Positions 8,434 through 16,571 of a stretch of 64,000 nt of DNA are shown one piece after another. Source of the stretch: Bdellovibrionales bacterium. GTDB taxonomy: Bacteria; Bdellovibrionota; Bdellovibrionia; Bdellovibrionales; UBA1609. The translations under genes were made by a program, and so were the position numbers. Position 1 is the stretch's first letter, and each line of letters begins with the position of its first letter. The stretch covers positions 18,969-82,968 of the forward strand of contig JAHDFM010000011.1 of the NCBI GenBank assembly GCA_020628165.1. The letters run 5' to 3'. Below the pieces are notes generated by a model. The model was given only the letters and a program-made list of their open reading frames with translations, did not search any database and was not told the origin of the DNA.

Positions 8434-10044
8434 ATGAGTGAGGTTTTAGAGCAGGAGACCATTGATAAAAAGATTGAGGAATTATCTGACTTTGTCATAG
8501 AAACTGCTGAAAAACCCATGAGTTCTATGGCCGTGGCTGCTTTATTAGAGAGTCGTGGCTTGCGTGACGTCGATGCTATTGAAAAGTTCAATTGTAAAAA
8601 TATTTTTGACCTTGCTGATATTGTCTATCAACAAGTTAAGCAGAGGTTGTATGATGACTTCAAAACAACGGCCAGTAAAATACAAAAAGAAAAATTATTA
8701 TTTACGCTAAAAAGGTTTTTTCTACTTTATGGCAAAGGTATTCTCTTTGCTGCACCTATGGTGGGGCAATTGTTCTCTATTCTTTACTTTAGGTACTCAC
8801 TATGGGCATGGATGGACTTTTCTGTGATGCAAGCGTCTATAGTTGCGATTGCCACATTGTTTAGTTTTATTTTCACTGGTGGGTTAGCTCAGATCATTGG
8901 TCGTGAAGGTATTTTTTATAGTGGGCAAAAAAACCCTTATTTGATGAATAAGGTGTGTTTGAAGCTTATTGCTTTTGGCGTGGCCATAGCCACTGTTTTT
9001 TCAGTGGTTGTATTTTTATCTAATATTGTATTTGGATTTTTTTCTACTCAGAATTATTTAATTTTTTTACTGTACTACAACTTATTAACATACTTGTGGC
9101 TGATATTTTCAGTTCTTTTTATGTTGGAGTTTAATTTAGCGATTTTACTGTCTACAGTCTTTGGCACTCTCATTGTTCATGCAGTTATGATTTCTAAGTG
9201 GAGTAACATATATTTGGCTCATGCTTGTGGGTTGTCGGTGGCGACTATAACTGCTTTGCTTTTTTATTATTGGGTTTACAAGAAAAAGATCAAACAAATG
9301 GATGAGAAGCTCTATCATTCAAAATTACCTAGACGAAGCGTTTTAGTCTATATTGTTGAACCCTTTATGATCTTTGGAACTTTTTATTTTTCTTTTTTAT
9401 TTGTAGATAGAATCGTTGGCTGGTCTGCTGGAACATTTAAACAACCGTTGCCAATTTGGTTTCGAACTCCCTATGAGCTAGGTATGGATTGGGCCTTAAC
9501 GGGACTTTTGATCACTTCTGCTGTTTTAACTTATACGGTTCACCAATTCAATATGCGCTTAATACCTATACAACAATCTATTAAGGCTGTTGATTATGTA
9601 ACTTTTAACAAGCACTTCAAAGGCTTTTTTTATCAACAAATGATTATGATTTGCGTGGTGAGTTTGATGAGCACTTTTTTTGTCTATTTCGGAGCACTTG
9701 CAATTAAGAATAACGTGAATTATTTAGAGGTGGAAGAATTTTTCTCAAGTGGAATCACTTATTTTACCTTTTGGTTTGCTTCTTTTGGGTACAGTTTTTT
9801 AATCATAGCTCAAATGTGTGCCTTGTTTTTCTTTTCTCTAGCAAAAACACAAATAGTTATCAAAAACATAGCCATTGCTCTCGTTGCCAACATAATGATT
9901 GGCTACATTTTAAGTCGAACGATTGCTTACGAATACAGTGTTGTGGGTTTGTTTTTTGGATCACTAATTTATTTACTATTAATGGTGAGGAGTTCGAAAA
10001 AAATGATTGATAAGTTGGATTATCAATATTATTCGGCATTTTGA
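8434..10044 (+). CDS. Polytopic membrane protein, possible PelG-like exopolysaccharide export component, with a ~95-aa cytoplasmic N-terminal extension
   Basis: 536 aa, AAGGAG RBS, at least 10 hydrophobic segments. The segment ..FSFIFTGGLAQIIGREGIFYSG.. resembles the PelG motif ..LILTGGLQLLFTRFVSDRLFE.. as I recall it. A PelF-like gene lies two ORFs downstream. Family assignment is tentative. Confidence 0.45.
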   Translation: MSEVLEQETIDKKIEELSDFVIETAEKPMSSMAVAALLESRGLRDVDAIEKFNCKNIFDLADIVYQQVKQRLYDDFKTTASKIQKEKLLFTLKRFFLLYGKGILFAAPMVGQLFSILYFRYSLWAWMDFSVMQASIVAIATLFSFIFTGGLAQIIGREGIFYSGQKNPYLMNKVCLKLIAFGVAIATVFSVVVFLSNIVFGFFSTQNYLIFLLYYNLLTYLWLIFSVLFMLEFNLAILLSTVFGTLIVHAVMISKWSNIYLAHACGLSVATITALLFYYWVYKKKIKQMDEKLYHSKLPRRSVLVYIVEPFMIFGTFYFSFLFVDRIVGWSAGTFKQPLPIWFRTPYELGMDWALTGLLITSAVLTYTVHQFNMRLIPIQQSIKAVDYVTFNKHFKGFFYQQMIMICVVSLMSTFFVYFGALAIKNNVNYLEVEEFFSSGITYFTFWFASFGYSFLIIAQMCALFFFSLAKTQIVIKNIAIALVANIMIGYILSRTIAYEYSVVGLFFGSLIYLLLMVRSSKKMIDKLDYQYYSAF

Positions 10045-10049
10045 GGGTT

Positions 10050-11663
10050 ATGGACTATAAGAAGTTTTTAGACACAAGTTTAAATGCCAATCAAATTTGG
10101 TTGGACCTCGTCGAGCACTTAGTTCAGTCTTACAAGTTGCAGTACATTAAAGTCTTTGAAGAGAGTGGCGAAGAGCTTAGTTTAGAATATTCTTATGAAA
10201 ATCCAATCAAAGAGTTTCGCGTTGATACCAAATTTCAAAAATTTCATTTAGATGACATCAATGACCTTTCGACGTTTAATAATTCTTTTACAGAGAATGA
10301 TCAGCAGTTTTTTCATGAGTCTTACAAAAAAGATGTGTTTAACAAAGCTCACAGCTTGAACAATTGTTTGATTTTAAAGGATCAATTCTATCGGGTTGTT
10401 TTTTGTTTTCACGATGGGTTTTTCTTGTGGAAACATAAGAGAGAGCTACAAAAACACGCTCAGTTCATTATTTTTTCGTACCACAATTATAAATTATTTA
10501 TGCGTAATCGTAAGGTGCTTCAAAAAGTCTATGACAATCAAGTTTTAAATAAGATTTCAAAGGCCACGATTGTTTCGAACAAACCTATATTGCAGTTTAT
10601 CCTGGATAAAGTTTGCAGTGCTCTCCATTTTGATTTTTGCTATTTAATTAATGCTGGTAACAAGACGGTCTTGTCTCAAAGTTTAAATGCTAAAGACATT
10701 GATGTCTTTAGTTTTTTAGAAATTGATAGTAACGGTGTGCAAGTGATTTCATCTGTGGATATCATTGAGCGTGGTTACGCTTCCATATTGATTTTACCTG
10801 TAGATAAATCTATGAAAGCCTACTTGGTGATGCTGGTTGAAAAAAATAAAAAAATAGTGACTGATAAACAAGTGAAAAGCTTGGAATACTATTATCAGTT
10901 ATTGATTAAGTACTTAAATAAGAAAAACGAAATAAAGAATTTTATTAAAAAGTATGAGGAGCTTCTGCTTGATTTAATCAATGTCTATGAGGCCCACTCT
11001 AATGAGCTTGTTGGTCACCACAACAGAGTGGCACTATTCACCAATTTGATAGCAAAAAAAATAAATATGAAGTTTTCTGACCGCATGATTTTAGTTAAAG
11101 CGGCCAAATTGCACGACATTGGTATGTTAAACATTCAAAAAGACAATAATATCATTGCGGATAACTTCAATCATCCTGTTGTAGGCAGTCAGGTGTTTTC
11201 TGACTTGAGTAATTATGCTGAGGTGAGTGATTTGATATTAAAGCACCATGAAAATTGTCAAGGTTATGGTTATCCACAAAGCCTTAAGCTCAAAGAAAGT
11301 GAAGTGAGTGCGCAAATTTTATCATTGGTTGAGTATTTAGTAGAGTTTGTTTTCCATAATATTAAAGGGAAACAAGTAAGTATTGCGAAAACGGTCAGTG
11401 AGTTAACAAAAAGCAATCTCTACAGTGAAAAAGTACAATCCGCAGCTGTTGATGTCCTGAAGTCCATCGAAATCCAAGGAAAGAAGCAAAGTATCTGTAA
11501 GTCTATGTTTGGGGCAAGATCACGTGTGTGCCAAGGGTGTCCTGCTTTAAATTCAAAGAAACGATGTTGGGAGTTTAATGAAGACGAACGCAATTGCATC
11601 AATCATGGCTGTAAATCATGTAAGGACTGCATTGTCTTTAAAACCTGGGGAGGGACGTCATAA
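10050..11663 (+). CDS. HD-GYP domain signalling protein with an unassigned (possibly GAF-like) N-terminal ~300 aa and an 8-Cys C-terminal tail
   Basis: HD-GYP motifs are present: HHNRVALF, AAKLHDIGM, HHENCQGYGYPQSL. C-terminal tail: CKSMFGARSRVCQGCPALNSKKRCWEFNEDERNCINHGCKSCKDCIVF. ATG 10050 was preferred over the TTG at 10041. Confidence 0.75.
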   Translation: MDYKKFLDTSLNANQIWLDLVEHLVQSYKLQYIKVFEESGEELSLEYSYENPIKEFRVDTKFQKFHLDDINDLSTFNNSFTENDQQFFHESYKKDVFNKAHSLNNCLILKDQFYRVVFCFHDGFFLWKHKRELQKHAQFIIFSYHNYKLFMRNRKVLQKVYDNQVLNKISKATIVSNKPILQFILDKVCSALHFDFCYLINAGNKTVLSQSLNAKDIDVFSFLEIDSNGVQVISSVDIIERGYASILILPVDKSMKAYLVMLVEKNKKIVTDKQVKSLEYYYQLLIKYLNKKNEIKNFIKKYEELLLDLINVYEAHSNELVGHHNRVALFTNLIAKKINMKFSDRMILVKAAKLHDIGMLNIQKDNNIIADNFNHPVVGSQVFSDLSNYAEVSDLILKHHENCQGYGYPQSLKLKESEVSAQILSLVEYLVEFVFHNIKGKQVSIAKTVSELTKSNLYSEKVQSAAVDVLKSIEIQGKKQSICKSMFGARSRVCQGCPALNSKKRCWEFNEDERNCINHGCKSCKDCIVFKTWGGTS

Positions 11664-11680
11664 GTCAAATATCAGTATTA

Positions 11681-13327
11681 ATGGCCAATGAAGGAACGTA
11701 CCCTTATATGGGCGGGGGTGTGAGCACCTGGTGCCATATTCTCTGTGAAAATCTTGAAGACATCGATTGGAAGATTTTCGCTGTTGTTGCCGACCCTTAT
11801 GTGACCGATCGCTATAAAACGGATCAACTACCACAGATCAAAGAAAAGATCATCATTCCATTGTGGGGGTTTGAAGAGACAGCTGAGTACACTGACACCA
11901 GGCCATTTCCACAGATCTATGATAATAAAGTGCGCACCACTAATGATGCTATTGAAACTGAGTTTGTTGCATTGTTTGAAAGTTTTTTGAGTGGCATGGA
12001 TGAAGATGATCACTCTATGATTGAGATGGGACACGTGATCACGTCGATTCACGACTATTTTCAGAACTACGATTACAACATCACGATGAAATCAGAACTT
12101 GCTTGGAACACCTTTAAAAATTATTTTTTAAAACGAGCCTCCGAACAAGAAATGATCAAGCTGGATCCGCCAAGTTTGTTTGACCTAACCACTTGTATGC
12201 GCTGGTTGTACAATATGTTTGTTCCGGTCGTTGCCAATGTTCCAGTCACAGATATCACTCACGCCACCATCGCATCTTCAACTGCGATGGCTTGTATCAT
12301 TTCTAAGGTGAAGTACGGAACTCCAATGGTTTTGACAGATCATGGAGTCTACGCTCGTGAAAGATACATTGCTTGTTCATCAGCTCCTTTTAGTTCATTT
12401 TGTAAACGCTTTCTAGCCCGTTTAGCCCTTTTATTTTCAAAACTCTGTTATTATTACGCCGACGTCATCACTCCCTGTGCCCACTTTAATGCTCGTTGGG
12501 AGCTACCTTTAGGTGGGTATGCCAGTCGTTTAGAAATCAATAACTTCAAAGAGTGGGAAAACACGGGAGTGGTGCCAAATCTAAAAGAGTTTCCTCACTT
12601 AGAGCCCTGTTACCGAGCTTTGGTGGACTATAATTTAATTCCTAGTTACGACAGTCAGACTGAGTTCCCATGGATTCGAACCATTTACAATGGTGTGGAC
12701 ACCGATCGCTTTAAGCCAGGGCCTAAGCCGGAGCACTTACGTGGTACACCGACGGCTGTTGCTCTTGCGCGTGTATTTCCCTTAAAAGATGTTTTGACAA
12801 TGATTCGCTCATGTAAAGTGGCAAAGCAATCGATCGATAATATAAAGTACATTGTCTACGGCTCTTTAAAAGCGGACCCTGAATACGTACAAAAATGCAA
12901 TGATCTAATTGCAGAGCTAAAACTGGAAGATAATTTTGATTTAGCAGGTTACCACTCAAAACCCAATGAAGCTTTTTGGGAGGGAGATGTGAGTGTGCTG
13001 TCGAGCATTTCAGAGGGCTTTCCTTTTACGGTGCTTGAGAGCATGGCTGCAGGTGTGCCTGTTGTAGGAACGGATGTGGGTGGCTGTAAGGAGGCCATAG
13101 GTATCGGTGATGCTGCTTGTGGAATTGTCGTGCCTCCAAGAGATCCTGAAAGTTTTGGCAACGCTGTAGTTAAACTATTAACTGACTCAGACCTTAGGCT
13201 GTATTACTCTAAAAAAGGTCGAGAAAGAGTTCTTAAACTTTTTCAAACAGACATTTCTGTTAAAGCTTATAGAAACGTTTATCAGTACCTCTATGAACGC
13301 TTTTCAAAGTCTAGAAATAATAAATAA
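11681..13327 (+). CDS. pelF: PelF-like glycosyltransferase (DUF3492-type N-terminus + GT4 C-terminal domain)
   Basis: The N-terminus MANEGTYPYMGGGVSTWCHIL matches the PelF-family start (EG[ST]YPYV.GGVS.W.H.L, from memory). The C-terminal GT4 region is SISEGFPFTVLESMAAGVPVVGTDVGGCKE. Confidence 0.7.
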   Translation: MANEGTYPYMGGGVSTWCHILCENLEDIDWKIFAVVADPYVTDRYKTDQLPQIKEKIIIPLWGFEETAEYTDTRPFPQIYDNKVRTTNDAIETEFVALFESFLSGMDEDDHSMIEMGHVITSIHDYFQNYDYNITMKSELAWNTFKNYFLKRASEQEMIKLDPPSLFDLTTCMRWLYNMFVPVVANVPVTDITHATIASSTAMACIISKVKYGTPMVLTDHGVYARERYIACSSAPFSSFCKRFLARLALLFSKLCYYYADVITPCAHFNARWELPLGGYASRLEINNFKEWENTGVVPNLKEFPHLEPCYRALVDYNLIPSYDSQTEFPWIRTIYNGVDTDRFKPGPKPEHLRGTPTAVALARVFPLKDVLTMIRSCKVAKQSIDNIKYIVYGSLKADPEYVQKCNDLIAELKLEDNFDLAGYHSKPNEAFWEGDVSVLSSISEGFPFTVLESMAAGVPVVGTDVGGCKEAIGIGDAACGIVVPPRDPESFGNAVVKLLTDSDLRLYYSKKGRERVLKLFQTDISVKAYRNVYQYLYERFSKSRNNK

Positions 13328-13386
13328 ATAATATTTATTTGACACTGTGGTGCCGCTTTTTCATACTAAATGAACGGAGACCAAGT

Positions 13387-14805
13387 ATGGATTACAGAAA
13401 ACATATATGTTTGTTGCACAGCTATGGAGTGGACGGTTCGGGGAGCTCTGTTTACACAATTGATTTAGCCAACGAGTTGGTAAAGTTTGGTTATCGTGTC
13501 AGTGTCATTTGTCACGAAACAAGGCTGAGTCACCTAAAGAACAACAACAAACAATTAAATCTTAAGAATGTTCATATTCCCTACTGCGAGACGAGAAAAA
13601 GTGAATTTGTGACTGTCTTTAGTTTATTCACTAAAAACACATTTGTTGCCTATGATCGTCCAGAACTGTCGAACACAAAACCAATCAATGAGGCCTCTCA
13701 CGATGAGATCATGCAACACACGGATGAGATTTATAAATTTTTAAATTATTTAAATTGCAAAAATCCAATAGAGCAAATTTTAGTGAATCACTTAAGTGTT
13801 TTGAACTTAGTTGCCAGTCAATTTGGCAAAAAAAACAATGTGCCATTCAAAACAATTGTGCATGGAACTTTTCTTGAATATGCCATCAATCGCAATTTGT
13901 ATTTTAAAAAGTTAGTGACTTATAGTTTAGAGCAGACCAGTGCTATTTTTGTTTTGAATGAATCCGTGAAAAGTCGCTTCTTAAAAACGTTTGATCGCTT
14001 CACAGAAAAAGTTAAAATTGTACCACCAGGTCTGAATCAAACTTATTTTGACACCAACCAAGTCAGTCCACAGGTCCTAGCCAGTGAACATAAAGTGATA
14101 TCCTACGTCGGACGTATCTCTTTAGATAAAGGCCTACATTGTTTATTGGTTATTTTACCTTTGTTGTCTCTTAAGCATAAGTTCACACTTAAAATAGCAG
14201 GGGACGGCCCTGATTTACCGTTTTTAAAAGATACAATGAACTTGCTGTCTCAGGGCCGCTTTAGAGAGTATTATGAAAAGTGTGAAGAATACATCGGCGA
14301 GACGAGAGATAAAGACATTGCGCGACTTTTGCTCAATCCGTTAAAAAATTATTTAGCAAAGTATGAACTGAATAAACTAAACACCATTGACTTTGAGCTC
14401 AATGTTGATTGGTTAGGACATTTGTCTAAACAGGGTTTGGAAAAACTATATAAAAAGTCCGAGTACAATGTTTTAACTTCGCTTGTTCCTGAAGCCCATC
14501 CGTTGGTTATTTGTGAAGCTTTAGCATGTGGGACAATGACCATTGCTAAAAATTTTTCTGGAATCACAGAGCTTTACTCAGACCTAGATGACTACTTATC
14601 CGGCTCTGAAGATAAAGATTATCAAATAGAAGATGATCATACCACTTTCATTGAAGAACTTTTTAAAGTTTGTGATCGTTACTTGCAAAAAAACACACTG
14701 AAAGAGTTGAGTCCACAATTGAAAGAGTTTGCGAAAAAGTCATACTCTTGGTCGTCGCTTGCTAGGAAGATACTGTATTCAGAAAATGAAACAATGTTTG
14801 TTTAA
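13387..14805 (+). CDS. Glycosyltransferase, GT4-like, paralog of the ORF at 4592
   Basis: ATG 13387 is preceded by ACGGAGA. The N-terminus HICLLHSYGVDGSGSSVYT parallels ILLLHGYGLDRSGSNVF of the 4592 ORF. The C-terminal region is ..VPEAHPLVICEALACGTMTIAKNFSG.. Confidence 0.75.
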   Translation: MDYRKHICLLHSYGVDGSGSSVYTIDLANELVKFGYRVSVICHETRLSHLKNNNKQLNLKNVHIPYCETRKSEFVTVFSLFTKNTFVAYDRPELSNTKPINEASHDEIMQHTDEIYKFLNYLNCKNPIEQILVNHLSVLNLVASQFGKKNNVPFKTIVHGTFLEYAINRNLYFKKLVTYSLEQTSAIFVLNESVKSRFLKTFDRFTEKVKIVPPGLNQTYFDTNQVSPQVLASEHKVISYVGRISLDKGLHCLLVILPLLSLKHKFTLKIAGDGPDLPFLKDTMNLLSQGRFREYYEKCEEYIGETRDKDIARLLLNPLKNYLAKYELNKLNTIDFELNVDWLGHLSKQGLEKLYKKSEYNVLTSLVPEAHPLVICEALACGTMTIAKNFSGITELYSDLDDYLSGSEDKDYQIEDDHTTFIEELFKVCDRYLQKNTLKELSPQLKEFAKKSYSWSSLARKILYSENETMFV

Positions 14806-14825
14806 GTATTTTACAGGGAGGTAAA

Positions 14826-15611
14826 ATGTCAAAATTTATGGGAATAATACTTGCGGCTGGAGCGGGAACGAGAATGCAGTCAACTCTTCCTAAAGTGCTT
14901 CATGAAGTCAATGGCAAAAGCATGGTGCAAAGTTCTATCGATGCTCTTAAGAAAGCTGGAGCTGAAGAAATTGTTGTTGTTGTCGGTTACAAAAAAGAAA
15001 TGGTCATGGAAAAACTGGGGGATCAGGTCAAGTACGCTGTTCAAGAACAGCAGCTAGGAACGGGGCATGCTGTAAAAGCAGCTGCTGAACATATTAAAAA
15101 CTACGATGGTAAAGTGGTCGTTGTTTATGGTGATAACCCACTTCTTAAAGTTGAAACCATCCAAAAATTAGTGACCTCTGTGGACGAGGAGCATAGCTGT
15201 AGCTTATTGACCATATCATTATTAAACCCTTCGCAGGCAGGGCGTATCGTTCGAGATAAGTCTGGGCGATTTTTAAAAGTCATAGAAGAGCAAGATTGCA
15301 GTAAGGAACAAAAAAAGATTTCCTACATAAACTGTGGCTCTTACTGTTTTAAAAGTAATTTGTTGTTAACGGCACTTGATCAGTTAAAATCAAACAATAG
15401 TCAAGATGAGTATTACCTGACTGATGTGCCAGGTTATTTTGTAGAGTCGGGAGAGAAAGTTCAGTTAGTGGAAGCAACGGATGTTTTTGAAATACTCGGC
15501 ATAAATGACAAGAAGCATTTAGAGTTTGCAGAAACTGCTCAAACTATTGAGTATGCCGAGGCTTTCTATGAAATAATTGATGCCGCCAGCAAACTGAAAA
15601 AGGCCGAGTGA
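14826..15611 (+). CDS. Sugar-1-phosphate nucleotidyltransferase resembling the N-terminal uridyltransferase half of GlmU, without the acetyltransferase half
   Basis: GGGAGG RBS. ILAAGAGTRMQSTLPKVLHEVNGKSMV matches the GlmU N-terminal signature. At only 261 aa there is no room for the left-handed beta-helix acetyltransferase domain. Confidence 0.8.
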   Translation: MSKFMGIILAAGAGTRMQSTLPKVLHEVNGKSMVQSSIDALKKAGAEEIVVVVGYKKEMVMEKLGDQVKYAVQEQQLGTGHAVKAAAEHIKNYDGKVVVVYGDNPLLKVETIQKLVTSVDEEHSCSLLTISLLNPSQAGRIVRDKSGRFLKVIEEQDCSKEQKKISYINCGSYCFKSNLLLTALDQLKSNNSQDEYYLTDVPGYFVESGEKVQLVEATDVFEILGINDKKHLEFAETAQTIEYAEAFYEIIDAASKLKKAE

Positions 15612-15615
15612 ATTT

Positions 15616-16383
15616 ATGTTAGAACGAATTGTATTAGAAGAAGAGGAAGTGTCTAAAAAAATACTTTTGGTTGATAATAAAGACGATGAAATTCGCATTT
15701 TAAGGCGTAGACTTTGCCAGTTTGGGTTTGACGTTGTCATAGCTGAAGGGCCAATGCGGGCTATCGATATTTTGTCAAAAGACAAAGATATAGAGTTGAT
15801 TTTTTTAGATTTTAACACATTAAATTTAACGGGCTTTCAGATAATCAATAAAATCGCTAAAATGAACCCTGCTCAAAAAGCTAAGGTGATTGTTCAGTGC
15901 AATGGTTGTTCAATCACTCAATTGCGCAATATCATTAAGTGCGGCGCATCCGATTGTTTAATAAAACCCGTGGATCAATTAGTGCTTCAGCACAAGGTCT
16001 CATCTATTTTAGGGTTGGATGTTGAAAAGTGGATGGACTACACCATCAATGAGTTTGATACAGACAAGGTTGCAGGAGTTTTTTTATTGTCTGACAATAT
16101 TGAATTGATGTCATTGAGTGAGCTAAACTTAAAATTTAAATGTCGACATGACATTGAGGTGGGCTCAAAGATTATTCTACGAGTACCGATTCTTGATGAA
16201 ATTGGTGTAGGGGAGTGTTTAGTTGAAATTATTTCCGTTGATTGTGATGGACACACAAACTTCTGCACAGCCAATATCATAGGTTTAGAAGAAGCGAAAA
16301 GAACTCAATTAAGAAAGTACATTCTTGAGTGTTATCGAAAAAAAAGAAAAGTAAAAAGCCAAGGACGACTCCCAAATTGCTAA
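15616..16383 (+). CDS. Response-regulator receiver domain protein with a C-terminal PilZ-like (degenerate) beta-barrel region
   Basis: Receiver pattern KILLVDN..IELIFLDFNTLNLTGFQ..CLIKPV. The C-terminal ~100 aa (..ELMSLSELNLKFKC..VGSKIILRV..CLVEIISV..ANIIGLEEAKRTQLRKYI) follow a PilZ-like strand pattern, but no clean RxxxR or DxSxxG motifs are present. Confidence 0.6.
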   Translation: MLERIVLEEEEVSKKILLVDNKDDEIRILRRRLCQFGFDVVIAEGPMRAIDILSKDKDIELIFLDFNTLNLTGFQIINKIAKMNPAQKAKVIVQCNGCSITQLRNIIKCGASDCLIKPVDQLVLQHKVSSILGLDVEKWMDYTINEFDTDKVAGVFLLSDNIELMSLSELNLKFKCRHDIEVGSKIILRVPILDEIGVGECLVEIISVDCDGHTNFCTANIIGLEEAKRTQLRKYILECYRKKRKVKSQGRLPNC

Positions 16384-16484
16384 CCGCAGTTTGGGCTTAT
16401 CCCACGATTAAAAAAGTATCACAGATCACTTTGGGCGCATTTTAGTCTTCTTGAGTTTATCACCCTCATTTTGAGAAAAGTACT

Positions 16485-16510
16485 GTCATCCTGAGGGAGA
16501 GCCGAAGGAT
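16485..16510 (+). repeat. Copy (diverged) of the dispersed GTCAYCC..GAAGGA repeat
   Basis: GTCATCCTGAGGGAGAGCCGAAGGAT lies in the convergent gap between the receiver gene and the TPR/barrel gene. An upstream half-unit TATCACCCTCATTTTGAG is also present. Confidence 0.55.
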
Positions 16511-16571
16511 ACAAGCAAAGACCATATTGTTAGTATGACGGTGTTATTTATTCTAAACAAAAGAATAATTT

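Noticed and set aside
10050-11663. Calling the HD-GYP protein a PelD ortholog
   Set aside because: PelD has N-terminal TM segments plus GAF and a degenerate GGDEF domain. This protein has no TM segment and carries an HD-GYP rather than a GGDEF domain. Only a positional analogy is claimed.
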